Assembly (NCBI GenBank): GCA_951406725.2
Contig: OX597814.1
Coordinates: 76,074,001-76,138,000, forward strand
Length of the DNA: 64,000 nucleotides
Reading direction: 5' to 3'
Source of the DNA: Octopus vulgaris
Taxonomy: Eukaryota
The notes under the pieces are model-generated. The model ran no database searches. It was not told where the DNA came from and saw only the letters and a list, made by a program, of their open reading frames with translations. This document shows, in pieces, positions 51,356-64,000 of the stretch. How positions within the stretch are numbered: position 1 is the first letter of the stretch; each line of letters begins with the position of its first letter. The translations under genes were made by a program, and so were the position numbers.

Positions 51356-51858
51356 GAAAATACAAACTGGGACAAGAATGCAAAACATTTAGAAGACGAT
51401 ACAAAAAACACGGACAGGACATTCAAAGCCTTCGATCTTTAGTCAAGAACCGGATCATCCTTGCAATTTCGGCTGATTACTCTTGAGATTGCTTCGATCT
51501 GGCCAGCCCCAAAGGAAAATCTAAGCCAAGCACATTAGATTCTTTGGAAGAAAGCCTCGAATGTATACAAAACAAGGACAGAAAAATGGACGATGTTACA
51601 CGAATAAGAATACAAAAATACGTAAAAACAATAATGATAATAATAATAACAAAAACAGGACGTCACAGACAGGCGTCTTTCGACAGGACGAGTAAACTTT
51701 GAGCTGGCGTGTTAGAAAAATGCCTTAGGGCAGAGAGAAAAAAATGTGTCTTGCTGCGACGACTGCTAAGCACAAAAGGCCGGCAATCGGTCAGTCAGTC
51801 ATGTGTGAGGAGAAGAGAGAGGAAAAGAGGGACAGATGAATTAAGGGTGGGGGAGTCT
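51356..51858 (-). mobile_element. (TA)n-anchored element containing a multi-helix RNA with scrambled hammerhead parts
   Basis: Abuts (TA)n at 51327-51355 and is relatively CpG-rich; structured block at 51420-51563 (see findings). Confidence 0.6.
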
Positions 51859-52072
51859 GTGCAAGTGCCACATAAAAAGCACTCAACCCACTCTACGGAA
51901 TGGTTGGTGTTAGGAAGGGCATCCAGCTGTAAAAACTATGCCAAAACAAACTCAGAAGCATGGTGCAGGCTCCCACCTGATCAGTTCCTGTCAAGCCATC
52001 CAACCTAACCTATGCCAGTATGGAAGGAGGACATTAAACAATGATGATGATGATGTTGATGGTGATGATGAT

Positions 52073-52124
<52 letters not shown>

Positions 52125-52162
52125 AACACACACACACACACACACATATATACATATATATA

Positions 52163-52405
52163 CACGTAAAAGCACCATCCGTTCGTGGCCGTTTGCCAGC
52201 TCTGTCTGGCACCTGTGCGGGTGGCACGTAAAAAGCACCCACTACACTCACGGAGTGGTTGGCGTTAGGAAGGGCATCCAGCTGTAGAAACACTGCCAGA
52301 TCTGACTGGGCCTGATGAAGCCTTCCAGCTTCACAGACCACAGTTGAACCGTCCAACCCATGCTAGCATGGAAAACGGACGCTAAATGATGATGATGATG
52401 ATGAT
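52163..52405 (+). mobile_element. RTE 3'-UTR/tail fragment (also ~4180-4310, 24380-24560, 47455-47770, 51860-52075)
   Basis: GTGGTTGGCGTTAGGAAGGGCATCCAGCTGTAGAAAC...AACCCATGCTAGCATGGAAA...(GAT)n, as at 8860-9048. Confidence 0.85.
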
Positions 52406-52432
52406 ATATATATATATATAATATATATATAT

Positions 52433-52680
52433 GTTTAATTTACAAGGAAAGATCCAGAGAAACAGTTACTAGGGTAGCTAAATGTCACATAAGTGCCTAA
52501 GAAAATAGTAACCACACTTGCATGGGTAATAATTCTGAGGAGAAATGATACATAGTTTGGAGAACATAGGAGTAATGAAAAATGGAGACAAACGCACAAG
52601 ATGTTATTTAAATATTAATTGTGATATAAATGATTTAAATAACATTTTGTGTTTGTCTCCATTTTCCATTACTCTTATAT
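52433..52680. mobile_element. Short fold-back with unique tail between (TA)n tracts
   Basis: ATAGGAGTAATGAAAAATGGAGACAAAC...TGTTATTTAAAT (from 52566) is mirrored by ATTTAAATAACA...GTTTGTCTCCATTTTCCATTACTCTTAT (to 52678). Confidence 0.75.
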
Positions 52681-53099
52681 ATATTCTTTTATTTGTTTCG
52701 GCCATTTGACTGTGGCCATGCTGGAGCACTGCCTTTAGTTGAACAAATTGACTCCAGGACTTATTCTTTGTAAGCCTAGTACTTATTCTATTGGTTTCTT
52801 TTGCTGAACCACTAAGTTACACACAAACATCAGTTGTCAAGTGATGGTAAGGGGAGAAACACAGACACACAAACACACACACACACATATATATACATAT
52901 ATATTTATATATATATATACAATGGGCTTCTTTCAGTTTCCATTTACCAAATACATTCACACGACATTGGTCAGCCCAAGACTATAGTAGAAGACACTTG
53001 CCCGTGGTGCCATGCAGTGGGACTGAACCCAGAACCATGTGGTTGGTAAGCAAGCTACTTACCACACAGTCACAGACACACACATATATGATATATGTA

Positions 53100-53135
<36 letters not shown>

Positions 53136-53339
53136 AATGTAAGATCCAAGGATCAAGACTTAGGAAGAAGGTTAGCTTCAAGCAAACCATAGAAGATATG
53201 AAAAAACTTTCAAGAACAATAGTGGTTTATTGAGGTGGAAGGTTGTGGATTTTTTCCATTTCGAAGTATGGTAAGCTGAAAAAATGTTTTATATTTCACA
53301 GTAGGTAGGAAGGGTTGCCAGGTATGTGAACATTCCACA

Positions 53340-56075
53340 TCTCGCCCACCTCATATCAACTTAAAGGATCACAAAAAATACTTCACAGTGATCCCTTCCA
53401 TTCACCTCATCTGCCCCTCTGGCTCTGGAATAGGTAAGATTAGCAAAACTATACTAGATCTGACTATGCCCCAGCTTCCTGCTACATCCACATTAAAACT
53501 TTGGGCCAAAACTACTGAAACCATCCAGTGGTTCAATTATCTAAGCCCCAAACAAACTTTTAGATTTATCCAGGTTGACATTGATAGCATATCCTCTAAT
53601 TTTTACCTGAAAACACTCCAAGTTTTAGCCCACCGAAATATCATACAATGGGAAATTCTGGGCCCGCAAGGATACACCCAACTTTTTTGACATCTCTATG
53701 GGGGCCAGTGACTCCACCCAAGTTATGGACCTTGTAGGCTTTTACCTACTTAATGGTCTCCACAAACAACTCCTTAATATCTCCAGTGGTCTATAGAGCT
53801 GATGCTCTGTTCGCAATCCAAATTTCTAGCAACCAGATAACTGAACAGACTAGAAAAATTTAAGAAGTCTTTTTCAAAATGTTGGCCTTAGCATCTCCTT
53901 TTGTAACAACCTTAAAACTGCCAATTTCTTAGACATAACCCTGGGCTTGCAAACCAAACCTTCTACCCATACAAAAAACCTGGAGAAAACCTCATCTATG
54001 TCAATTACTCCTCCAACCATCTTCCCTCCATCCTAAAATTTATTGTAGAGAGCATTTCTTACTGGATTTCCTTACTATCTGCTAATAAGGAACTATTCGA
54101 CCAGTATGCAGAATATTATAATTGGGCTCTACAATGCACTGGTTATAAAAATTTAGTCAAATATATCCCCATGCAGAACATTCCCCTCTCCACTAAACTC
54201 AAATCTAAAACCAGTTCCATCACCCCCAAATAATGAACATAACATCCTCCTATCCTGCCACTCCAATACCCATCCAAATTTCAGAGTAGCTGACGTCTCA
54301 AGTATCTAAACTCTTCTTCACCCAAATTGAAAAACACTTCCCTAAATCCAGTCCCCTTTGAAAAATATTTAACCCCCAATCTATAAAATTGCCTTACTCT
54401 GCCACCACCAACATTGCCAGAGTAATCTGACTTCTTGATGACAAGAAACTCAGAAATCCACAAACAGCTAAGCTCTACCCTAATAACATAGCTCATCCTA
54501 ACCCCCAGCATCATGCATATAAACCCAGAACAACAATAAACCCCCTTACCAACACTAACCCTCAAACCTCCTCTTATAATTCCACTATTAACACCTAATC
54601 CATAAACTTGCCTCAAGACCCAACAAAACTTCATGCAAAAATAAAGAACGGTATAGATGATATTGCATATGAAAACTATCATATTATACAACCCCTCAAT
54701 GCCTCCCTCAACCCCATGATAAATACCATTTTTAACAACACCACTCACTAATAGTGAACCTAACACTGGTCCTTCACTTAATAACAATTACTCCACAAAT
54801 TCATCCAGAACACCACTCATGAAACTAAACAGTTTCAGGTGCCCAACCTCCTACCCTTTAGATAATCACAGTCTTTCTAAAAACATCATTTACAAATGCA
54901 CAGTATCAGCTGCCAACCATAATTACATCTATATCAGCTCGTACAGCACCACCTTCAAAGCTCGAGTGCACAACCACTACTCCAGCCTCAAGTCCCAAAC
55001 AAAATCCAACAGTACATTTTTACCTCAGCTTATCTATAAACTTAAGAATGAATCAATTTCTTACTCTCTCAAGTGGTTCATAGTCACCCATGCTAAACTG
55101 TACTCCAACTATAATGAGTGTGATCTCTGCATAGCTGAAGTCTTAGCTATTTTGCAATCTACAGATTGTCTTAATGAATGCAACAGTATAACTTTTACAA
55201 ACAAACATCCATTATGCAACCTATTCTCAAAATACAAATAAGAACCCCTCCTCTGCATCATTTCCTAAATTCCCCCCTGCCATCATAGACATTCCCCCTT
55301 ATTAACCCTCACAACTGTTAAGAATTTAAACCACCAATATATTCCCATTATATTCAATATAACCCCTTTTTTCTTATCTATATCTATCTATCTTTATTTC
55401 CTGACTATTTATACCATTTAATTACTCTTTCCTACCTGCCCCCACCCCACTTTTATATACTTACAAGTACATATGCCTACATACACATTTATTATTTCAT
55501 ATAGTACACATATTTACACACAACAATATACATTCCTTAATTCTTAAATTGTAGTATTCTTCCTCATTTCCTTTAGACTTTCAATTTTTGCTACTACACC
55601 ATCACTTCAGGCATATATTTTCCTCTCTTTTGACCACAAATGCAGCCCCACCACTTCCCTCCACATTATCCTTTTAAATACCACTCCCCTTGCATATCTC
55701 TATGACTCAGTCAAAATGGCCCTATCAAAAGCCACCTGTGAAATGACCTTGCTTAAATTCCTTACAACTCTCCCACTCCCTTATGTCTGTTCATTCTTTT
55801 TCTCTTTTCTATATTCCTTTTCTTCTTACACTCCTAATTCTCTCCTCAAAATATATTCTCCATTCTAACTATCCTCTCAACACATTCTGATTGAATTGTC
55901 CATGTGTTGACATGTACCTCCTTACAACAATATAAACTTCATTTAATCAAGATACCCTTGGTCTGAATAGTAGCCTGCAGTATATACCTTGTTTGGATAC
56001 TTACCACTTCCAAGGTTCTGCTCACTATGAAACATATGTAGCCTGAATACTATCTATTCCATTCCTTAACTCTTG
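53340..56075 (+). mobile_element. Penelope-like retroelement, decayed (RT, C-terminal GIY-YIG, long 3' region with hammerhead, (TA)n)
   Basis: RT pieces 'LKDHK', 'GIGKISK', 'FIQVDID', 'FLDITL', 'YPYKKP...YVNYSSNH'; endonuclease 'CPTSYPLDNHSLSKNIIYKC...YIYI...FKARVHNH...CDLCIAE' (54819-55241). Confidence 0.88.
55960..56043 (+). ncRNA. Degenerate hammerhead at the 3' end of the PLE
   Basis: GGT-CTGAATA-GTAG...CTAT-GAAA-CATATG-TA-GCC (G8>T; palindromic stem III), ~30 nt before (TA)n. Confidence 0.6.
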
Positions 56076-56272
56076 TATATATATATATATACAAATGTTT
56101 TACTTCACAACTTTTTCCACTTCACAAAGCCTTTCTATATGATTGTGAACTTTTTTAAAAAACCTATAGCATTTTTTAAAAATATAACATTATCGATATG
56201 ACTTCAAGTTCTGCAAGTAGGAGATATTTTAAGCTTTCTCAATTTTCAACCTATTTTAATCGATTAATTTGT

Positions 56273-56338
56273 ACCTCTCATGAGAGGAATGTGACTATAT
56301 GTATCGACTGGAAAACTCACCCGAAATGATCATAAGGT
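56273..56338 (+). ncRNA. Degenerate hammerhead in a solo element between (TA)n tracts (56092-56537)
   Basis: ACCT-CTCATGA-GAG...CTCACCC-GAAA-TGATCA-TA-AGGT (G5>C; palindromic stem III). Confidence 0.6.
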
Positions 56339-56559
56339 TTTGCAATACTGCTTTTCTTTGGATTGTAATATTGGAGCACTTGAAATCTAACATCCCGATG
56401 AACTTTTTATGTATTTTGTATTCGCATGACAAAGGAACTTGACCTACTATAATCTGTCATCCACTTTGATTTTTGTCATATTTTGCTCATATTGAGCACT
56501 AATTAGGTGTGCTGCAACAAAGGTTTTCCTTTTTTCTTATATATATATATATATATAAT

Positions 56560-57900
56560 GATATATGCAGGTGAGTAATAAGAAAACATCAGTTAGATAT
56601 TTAAAATGTCAGTGATTGAAATTATGAAGTCTGCTACTCAAAAGAAGTAAGAAAATTATGTGTGACTATTTGCAGAGTAATGGTTAAATAAAATATTGAA
56701 AATTTGAAGTATTGGACTCAAAGTAGTAACAAAATTGAAATTTAAAATTTTCAAAAATTGCTTTTTTAAAAAATATTTTAAAATATTTAAAATAAAGCTA
56801 TAAACATTATACAAGTTGTAAAATCTGCCAAGATAAAAATTATAAAAAAATAAACACAAAGGTCTATTAATGTGAAAGCTGTAAAAATTATAAAATCATG
56901 AAATAAGAACATATGGGAAATGCATGATTAAAGTGATTACAGCCAAACTGAAAATGTAGGAATTAAAACATTAATGGAGTTAAACAATTGAAATTTACGA
57001 TTTAAAATCACTGACTGGTAGCAGTAATAAAGTGATATTAAAAAGCACTAAATTAACAATAAAGTTATATTTAAAATTTCCAATAAAAGTTAAGCCAAAT
57101 ATGAGTTTATTGAGGTCCAATAAAAATTATTTAATAATTACTTGGTTAGGAAGAAGGTAGAAAAATATACATGAATACACAAACTGGCTAGTTTATTAGA
57201 ATTGTACCACAAGATCTATTATATTTGTATTGGCATTTAGTTAATAATTCATTACATCTATTTATAAGACTATTTTATATGCCTCAGGATTTCTAATGCT
57301 CCAAATGAACATAGTCACCTCTACCACCCTGTTATGGAAAAGCCATTCTAATTACAAACCAAGATATTTCATAGTTTAATTTTTCTTTTTCAAATCCCAT
57401 ATCAATTTGACCAGTGAAGTAATATTCTGCTTATGAGGCTTTTTAAATGAATGGACATGATTATATGATCTATGCTTTGGTTCCTATATAATGAAAGGTA
57501 GTAGTGTATGGATATAAAGTACTTATAAATTATATATTTGGTAAGGCATTGATTGTTTAATGTACATTTGCTAGGAATTCTACAGTTACATAAGTTTGGG
57601 GAGGCTTTGTTCATTAGAAAACCTCTTACTAGTAACTGGTTATCTTCTAGTATTTTATTTAGAAGGTTCCACATCAGCTATGTTATGCTTGCATGAATTG
57701 TTATATTTTTCTGTTAGCAAGAATATAAGTTATCCTTTTCAAATATAAGGTTTGGGGAGTTCATGCTGATACTATCATATAATTTATTAGTAGCTATGCT
57801 GTTGGCTAAATTCAGGGGTGAAATGGGATAATTTGATGGTGTGTCTATTGAACATTATCTGATACTTATTTGTAGAGGGAAAATGTTAAATACTATATTG
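56560..57900 (-). mobile_element. Penelope-like GIY-YIG remnant plus AT-rich 3' region
   Basis: 'LCNCRIPSKCTLNNQCLTKYIIYK' (57402-57674) is homologous to the start of ORF 54819-55241; runs to (TA)n at 56538-56557. Confidence 0.7.
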
Positions 57901-58924
57901 AGGCCCTAGCTATGATGGATTACACAGAAAAAATCTCTTATGTAATTGTACCATTCACATTTATTTATTATCAGTTACAGATTATTTATCTTTTAAATTC
58001 CTTCATTTGTGTTTGTACTGATGTACTGATATATGCATGTATATCTATATATATGTAAATGTGTGTTTATATTTTCGTATGTATGTCTATATGTATGTAT
58101 GGTTTTCTTCTGTTTACATTTATTTAAATTCTTCCTTTGAAGAAGGAGCTGGTTTCTAACAAAGATACAAAGCTCTATTATTGGAATGTAGATAACAAAA
58201 ACATGATAACATTCTAAACTTGACAAAAGTCTTGCACATTTTTGCTGTTCCACTTACATATTGTATTTGTTATGTTCAAGTTAGTTGGCTGATTTTTTTT
58301 CTGACAAAACCAAATTTATCCAACCTGTCAGTTAGCCATTTAGTCACAAAACCAAGTGCACCAATTATTATTGGCATAAATGTGAATTTGTAATCTGCAT
58401 ATAGAAGCTGAAGACTTGGAAGCAGTGTCCATACTTGTCTTCTTTCTCTTTAAAAATCAAAGAGATATTTACATCAGCAGGACAGCTGACCTCTATGACG
58501 ATACATGTTTTTTCTAGTCTGTCCCAAACAACAATATCTGACTTGTTATGTTAACACTTGACATACATTTTGACGACAATGTTCCACCAGTTTTCCTTGT
58601 GTTGATGTTTGTGTACGTATTCAATAACAGGGGATCCTCTATATTTATTCCAGGACAGTCTTTTTTCCAGATGGCATTGTATATAGTTGTATACATTGTG
58701 TATAGTTGTATACAACTGTTAATAACATATATGAAGTCTTCCACAGAAATATGACTTAATATATATCTTCAGTTGCATCTTGGGACTCTGAGGGCTTCCC
58801 TGTCTTTTTTGTTTATTAGAAATTTTGTAGTAATATCCTGTTTTTGGAATGCAAATGCACAGCCTTTGAAGCATAATGTGCTGTAACAGTTATAAGTTAT
58901 CTTTATGTATGCATGTATATTGAT

Positions 58925-59410
58925 CGTAGCAGGTGGTGAAGGGTTGTGCATGAGGGGACAGCCACTTTTGAGAAATCTTGAGTTGCACATGAGAAAGTAA
59001 GGAGGGATGTCAGGAAGGGCATTGCTGTTACACTTCCAGATGGGAAGGGTCTTCCTTTGATGCTGACATGCAATGTCTGTGCAAGACCCTGCCTCAGTAA
59101 AGCTGGACTCAAGAGTCATCTTCGTAGTCATAAAGCGAGACAGATGAGTGACAACCTGGCCATACTAATCATATCTGTCGGGCATGTGGAAGAGAGTGTA
59201 ATTCGGCAGGAGGACTTAAACGACATGCAAAGGTACATGAAGCCCAGTTACAACTACAGCCAGCTACTACCGGTAAAGGTATTAGTTGCCAATTCTGTAC
59301 AAGACATTGTAGATCTTTAGCTGGGCTAAAAAGTCACATTCGATCACAACACCAGTAACAGTTAAGCTTCGTGCAACAGTCATACTCGATAACGAGGGGG
59401 CAGCCATAAT
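58925..59410 (+). mobile_element. RTE-like LINE 3' end with three C2H2 zinc fingers
   Basis: 'WRVVHEGTATFE', then CNVCARPCLSKAGLKSHLRSH, a frameshift, CRACGRECNSAGGLKRHAKVH and CQFCTRHCRSLAGLKSHIRSQH*; short UTR and (ATGT)n tail. Confidence 0.75.
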
Positions 59411-59499
59411 GTATGTATGTATGTATATAAGCAGATTTGTATGTCTTGTTTTATGTTTGTATTCTCATGTATATACTTGCATATTTAGACATGCTCATA

Positions 59500-60135
59500 T
59501 ATACTTAAATGATAAACTTCTGGAAAGTTTTACAGATTTTTACAGATCCAGTGATGAATTGAATCTGTTGTCTTTGAATCGGCTTTCTTCTTTCATGATT
59601 GGTATTTAGGCAGTGTCGTACATATCCCAGTTTTCCTATAATTACAGGTATAAACCTGAACTTGTAATCTTTAGCTTTATGTTAACATTTGCTGGGGAGC
59701 TGATTTCCACAACTGTACAGTTTCTCTTCTCTATCCCAAATCACTATGTCAGGTCTATTGTGTTTACATTTTATTAAGGTATTCAATGGGACATTCCACC
59801 AGTACTCCTTTTTATTATGAGTGCCTATGGTTTCCACCATACTGTGGGTTCTTATTTCTTTATCCTCGAGGTTATCCTTCAAACAAATCTCTTTATACAG
59901 TGTCATAGCTACAACATCATGTCTCATCAGTAGTTAATATTGTGATGACAATTTCAGACAACAGCTTATGATGCGGGTGATATCTTCAGTGTTAATTCCA
60001 CAAAGTCTTCATCGGTTGTTACATTTTACGGTTTTTCCTGCATCTCTGTCTCTTTTGTGCATCAGGTATTTGGTTGATATTTCCTGTTCCTGGATTGCAA
60101 ATGCACACCCTTCGAAGTTGGAGGTAGTAATCTGG
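59500..60135 (-). mobile_element. REL-endonuclease (R4/R2-group) LINE 3' remnant
   Basis: 'RHDVVA...YWWNVP...KHNRPDIVIWDREEK' in ORF 59682-59927. Confidence 0.8.
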
Positions 60136-61472
60136 TTGTTGGTTCATGATAGACTGTTTATGTATGTATGCATGTATGTGTATGTGTGCATGTGTGTGAA
60201 TACATGTAGGTACATAAATGTGTGCTAGTGTTTGTTTATTGACATAAGTCAACTTACATTTCAGTAAACAAGGGACTATTGAATAATACCAGACTTAGAA
60301 AATAATTACTGAGGTTGATTTATTTGACTGAAACCCTTCAAGGCAGTCACACTTAGCCCCAGTATAGCCACACTTTGTTTCTTCTCATTTATTCTCCTTT
60401 ACACCTTCCTTTTACTCACTCCCAGTTTCTGACAGTAAGCATGAGCCTGCAGACTGACAGTGTTTGTCTGGTTAATAATTTGCCCTTCACAAACTACACT
60501 AAGGACAAAGCTTTTAATAATAACATGACTGCCCATATAGGCTTATTAGCCAGCTATTTTAAATTCATTTCAGAGAATAAACATCATTCTTTTGTTATGT
60601 CAATCATTCTAAAAAGAATCTTTCAGCACCTTTTAATGTAGCTATGAAGAACTAGTTTGGTTGCTTGACCCATCCATTCCACCTCAGCTGTCATTCTGTA
60701 TCAGAATGTTATAACTATCTACTTTATCTATTCATAGAACAGTGGATGTCCATATATTTAATACATGGAGCATTAAAAAGCTGAAGTATAATGAAATATG
60801 CAGTGAGAAAAAAAAAAAAACAATATTTGTTAGTCATCGACCAACTATGCTTTCATTGTTTTTTCTTTTATATTTTTCTGTCAAGTACAGGAGACAATCC
60901 TCTTCATATTTTCCCCTTATACAGTCATCAGCAATTGTGACATTATCAAAACATACCAAAGTCATAACAAAGGAATCCTTAAATAAATATACAGAGATGT
61001 ACTGACACAGGCATAGTTATATGGTTAAGAATATAGGTGCAAGTATGGCTGTGTTGTAAGAAGCTTGCTTTCCAACCACATGGCTCTAGGTTCATGGTAC
61101 CTTGGGCAAGTGTTTTCCACTATACCCTCAGGCCGGCCAAAGCATTGTGAGTAGATTTGGTAGACAAAAACTGAAAGAAGCCCGTTTGTATGTATGTATA
61201 TAGTCATGTGTATGTGTCTTTGTATCTGTTTGTTCCCCCTGCCATCACTGCTTGGCAACCGGTGTTGGTGTGTTTACATCCCCTGTAATTTAGCAGTTCA
61301 CCAAAAGGGTCTGATAGAGTAAGTACTAGACTTACAAAGAATAAGTTTCTTTTACTAAAAAAAAACCTTTAAGGCAGTGCTCCAGTGTAGCAGCTTGGGC
61401 AAGTGCCTTCTACTATAGTGTTGGGTTGACCAAAGCTTGTGGATGGATTTGGTAGACAGAAACTAAAGATCC

Positions 61473-61521
<49 letters not shown>

Positions 61522-61736
61522 ATATATATTTCAATATGTGATCGCATGTGTATCGTTGGCGATTTTCTTTCTCCGTCTTCCCTTTCTTGGACCTTTCCTA
61601 TTTCTATGTTTCTCACAAAGAGCTCCATGCGAAACATTAAATCCTCCTTCTTTCTTTACATTCCTGAGTGTCCAATAACACTATACTTGTTCCATGTCCT
61701 CGTGTTGTGTTTACTCTTCGTTCATGTTTGATTAAC

Positions 61737-61769
<33 letters not shown>

Positions 61770-61771
61770 TT

Positions 61772-62335
61772 ATAATATTAATAGTAATGGTAAGACAACA
61801 AAAGAGTGAAAGAGACCTCGATATTATGTAAATAGAGGAATTTATCTGTAATATAATATGTGACAATTATTTGGTTGCCATAATAAGACTCCGAGTTTTA
61901 GATGTCGGGGTGGAAACCTGCCCTGGCATCTCGTCAGTTATTGAGGCAATCAAAATATGCTATGGAAATGACCGTTAAACAAAGGGAAAGTACTATGTAT
62001 TTGACTGTTATTAAGACAAAAGAGCAATTAGAATGACCGTTAAATAAGGGGAAAAAACCAAAGGGGTGGAAGGAAAAAGTAAAGAAATATAAATGCTCAT
62101 AGCAAACGCTTCCTCCCCTTTGGTTTTTTCCCCTTATTTAACAGCCATTCTAATTGCTCTTTTGTCTTAATAACTGTCAATTACATAGTAATTTCCCTTG
62201 TTTAACGGTCATTTTCATAGCATATTTTGATTGCCTCAATAACTGACAAGATGGCAGAACAGGTTTCCACCCCGACATCCGAAACTTGGAGTCTTATTAT
62301 GGCAACCAAATAATTGTCACATATTATATTATATA
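61772..62335. mobile_element. Fold-back PLE-type element, family F5, inside (TA)n
   Basis: Arms ~61849-62072 and ~62108-62333, unique tail 61772-61848, (TA)n on both sides. Confidence 0.9.
62238..62298 (+). ncRNA. Type I hammerhead motif (mirror at 61882-61942, minus strand)
   Basis: AATAA-CTGACAA-GATG...CATC-C-GAAA-CT tgg AG-TC-TTATT. The mirror has intact CTGACGA but TAAAA in place of CGAAA. Confidence 0.78.
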
Positions 62336-63088
62336 TATATAAAATATATATATATATATATTGTCAATGTTGTCTCGGTTGTAGACTGTTTTGCAGAAGG
62401 CTAACAGAATATTATTGAATTCCCATTTTCTAGACTTCAGGTGGAATGTTATCCAGTCCAACAGACTTTCAGTTTTTAGTCAATGGTGAAATCACCAGTT
62501 ATGATATCAAGGGTGAGGTCAATGATTGATCTTACATCTATATAAAAAGCTGAGAATATATCCCCAAGCGTATATCAACCACTTATATACTTAAAGAACA
62601 TATTCAAGTAGCAGATATTCAAGTATTCATGTATTACATATGCTTTCATAAAGAAAGCATGTCTAATACTTGAATCTTCAGTTCACTTCACCCACTAGTA
62701 TGGGTAACACCTTGAATAAAGCTGAATAGGATTGTCAACCTTTAGATGAATGTGTATTGCAATTGATTTAATATAAATCAACTAAGTACACATAACTGTT
62801 ATATCAAAGGACATTAGGATACTTATCTAGCAGAAATATATTTCAGAATGAAATTTTGGAGATGTATAACTCTCCAGTCTTCTTTATGATGTCATGATTA
62901 TATGCTTTGCATGCTGCATGAAGTCTAATGAAGTGAACTCAGGATTTACCTCTCAAATAAAGTAGTTTCATTGTTCATCTTAAATGATTTTGAAGATTCC
63001 CCATCATTCAATGTGGTTAGCCAGATCTGGATTGTATCAGAGTACTCACAAGGTGTCTGCCTGGATTTCAAGTCCCTATTCCTTTACA

Positions 63089-63172
<84 letters not shown>

Positions 63173-64000
63173 GTAAACATATACACAGTACTTAAAAGGA
63201 ATTTTGAGAGAAAAGATAGAAATTAACAAATTTAAAGTGTAGTAAGAAAATAACATTCACAGAAGGATAGAATATATATATATGTAATATATATTACATA
63301 TATGTATATGTGTGTGTATATATATATATATATATTTATATGTGTGTATGTATGTATGCATGGAAGGTGGACGTTAAATGGATGGTGGTGATGATGATAG
63401 ATAGAATTGTATATATAAGCGAATAAACATACATGTCAGAAGGAAAGAGAGAATGTGTATTTATGTGTGAGCATGTGTATGTTTATCTTGATAGTAAGCC
63501 ACTATTTAAACATGCTTTATAATTAAATAGTGAATACATAGTGGATATATTACACAGACACACAGACACACACACATACACACACTCTCTCATATACATA
63601 CACACCATTTATTTGTGGATTCATATATGACATATATTTACAGCACTTAACCACAGACACAGATGCATAAATACACATGTGTATGCCCATGCACACACAA
63701 CATCTCCAAACACACATACTCATGCAATTGTTAGTACTGCTGAGAACATAAGACTTGCTTCAATGAAGCATATCCAGATAATTCTTCCTTTAAGCTAGCT
63801 GTAACAGTTTGATAGAAGAGCTGTTTATTCCACAGTCTACAGTTGCATGAATCTATTTAGTGAATGACATTATTTTGAAAGCACGTTTCCTCTCTTGATA
63901 GAATGCAAGTTATCTAAACATGGTGGCTGATTCAATAACAGAAACTGCCGCAGATAAAAATTTCATTGTGGAAGTAAATGGATCATTTCAATAGTTAGAA

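Overview
AT-rich, repeat-saturated animal genomic DNA with no convincing host gene. The SINE, RTE and microsatellite content looks like an octopus (coleoid cephalopod) genome; this is an inference. Almost every long ORF is either a decayed transposon or a microsatellite translation artefact. Recognisable elements include a Ty3/gypsy integrase plus 3' LTR, two mariners with intact TIRs (one interrupted by a TTAGGG-array element), RTE LINEs (some ending in C2H2 fingers), a near full-length R4/Dong LINE in (AAT)n with a four-copy non-coding (AAT)n-targeted partner, Penelope-like (PLE) RT/GIY-YIG remnants, tRNA-derived SINEs, MITEs and a Helentron/HINE-like element. The main hidden signal is RNA-level. 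At least five apparently unrelated families of fold-back elements sit in (TA)n tracts, each carrying a pair of outward-pointing type I hammerhead ribozyme motifs, and several solo hammerhead remnants are also present. One (TA)n-anchored element (51420-51563, minus strand) contains all hammerhead core pieces and helices in a scrambled, pseudoknotted order that fits none of types I, II or III. All structures were read by eye and none was computed or tested.
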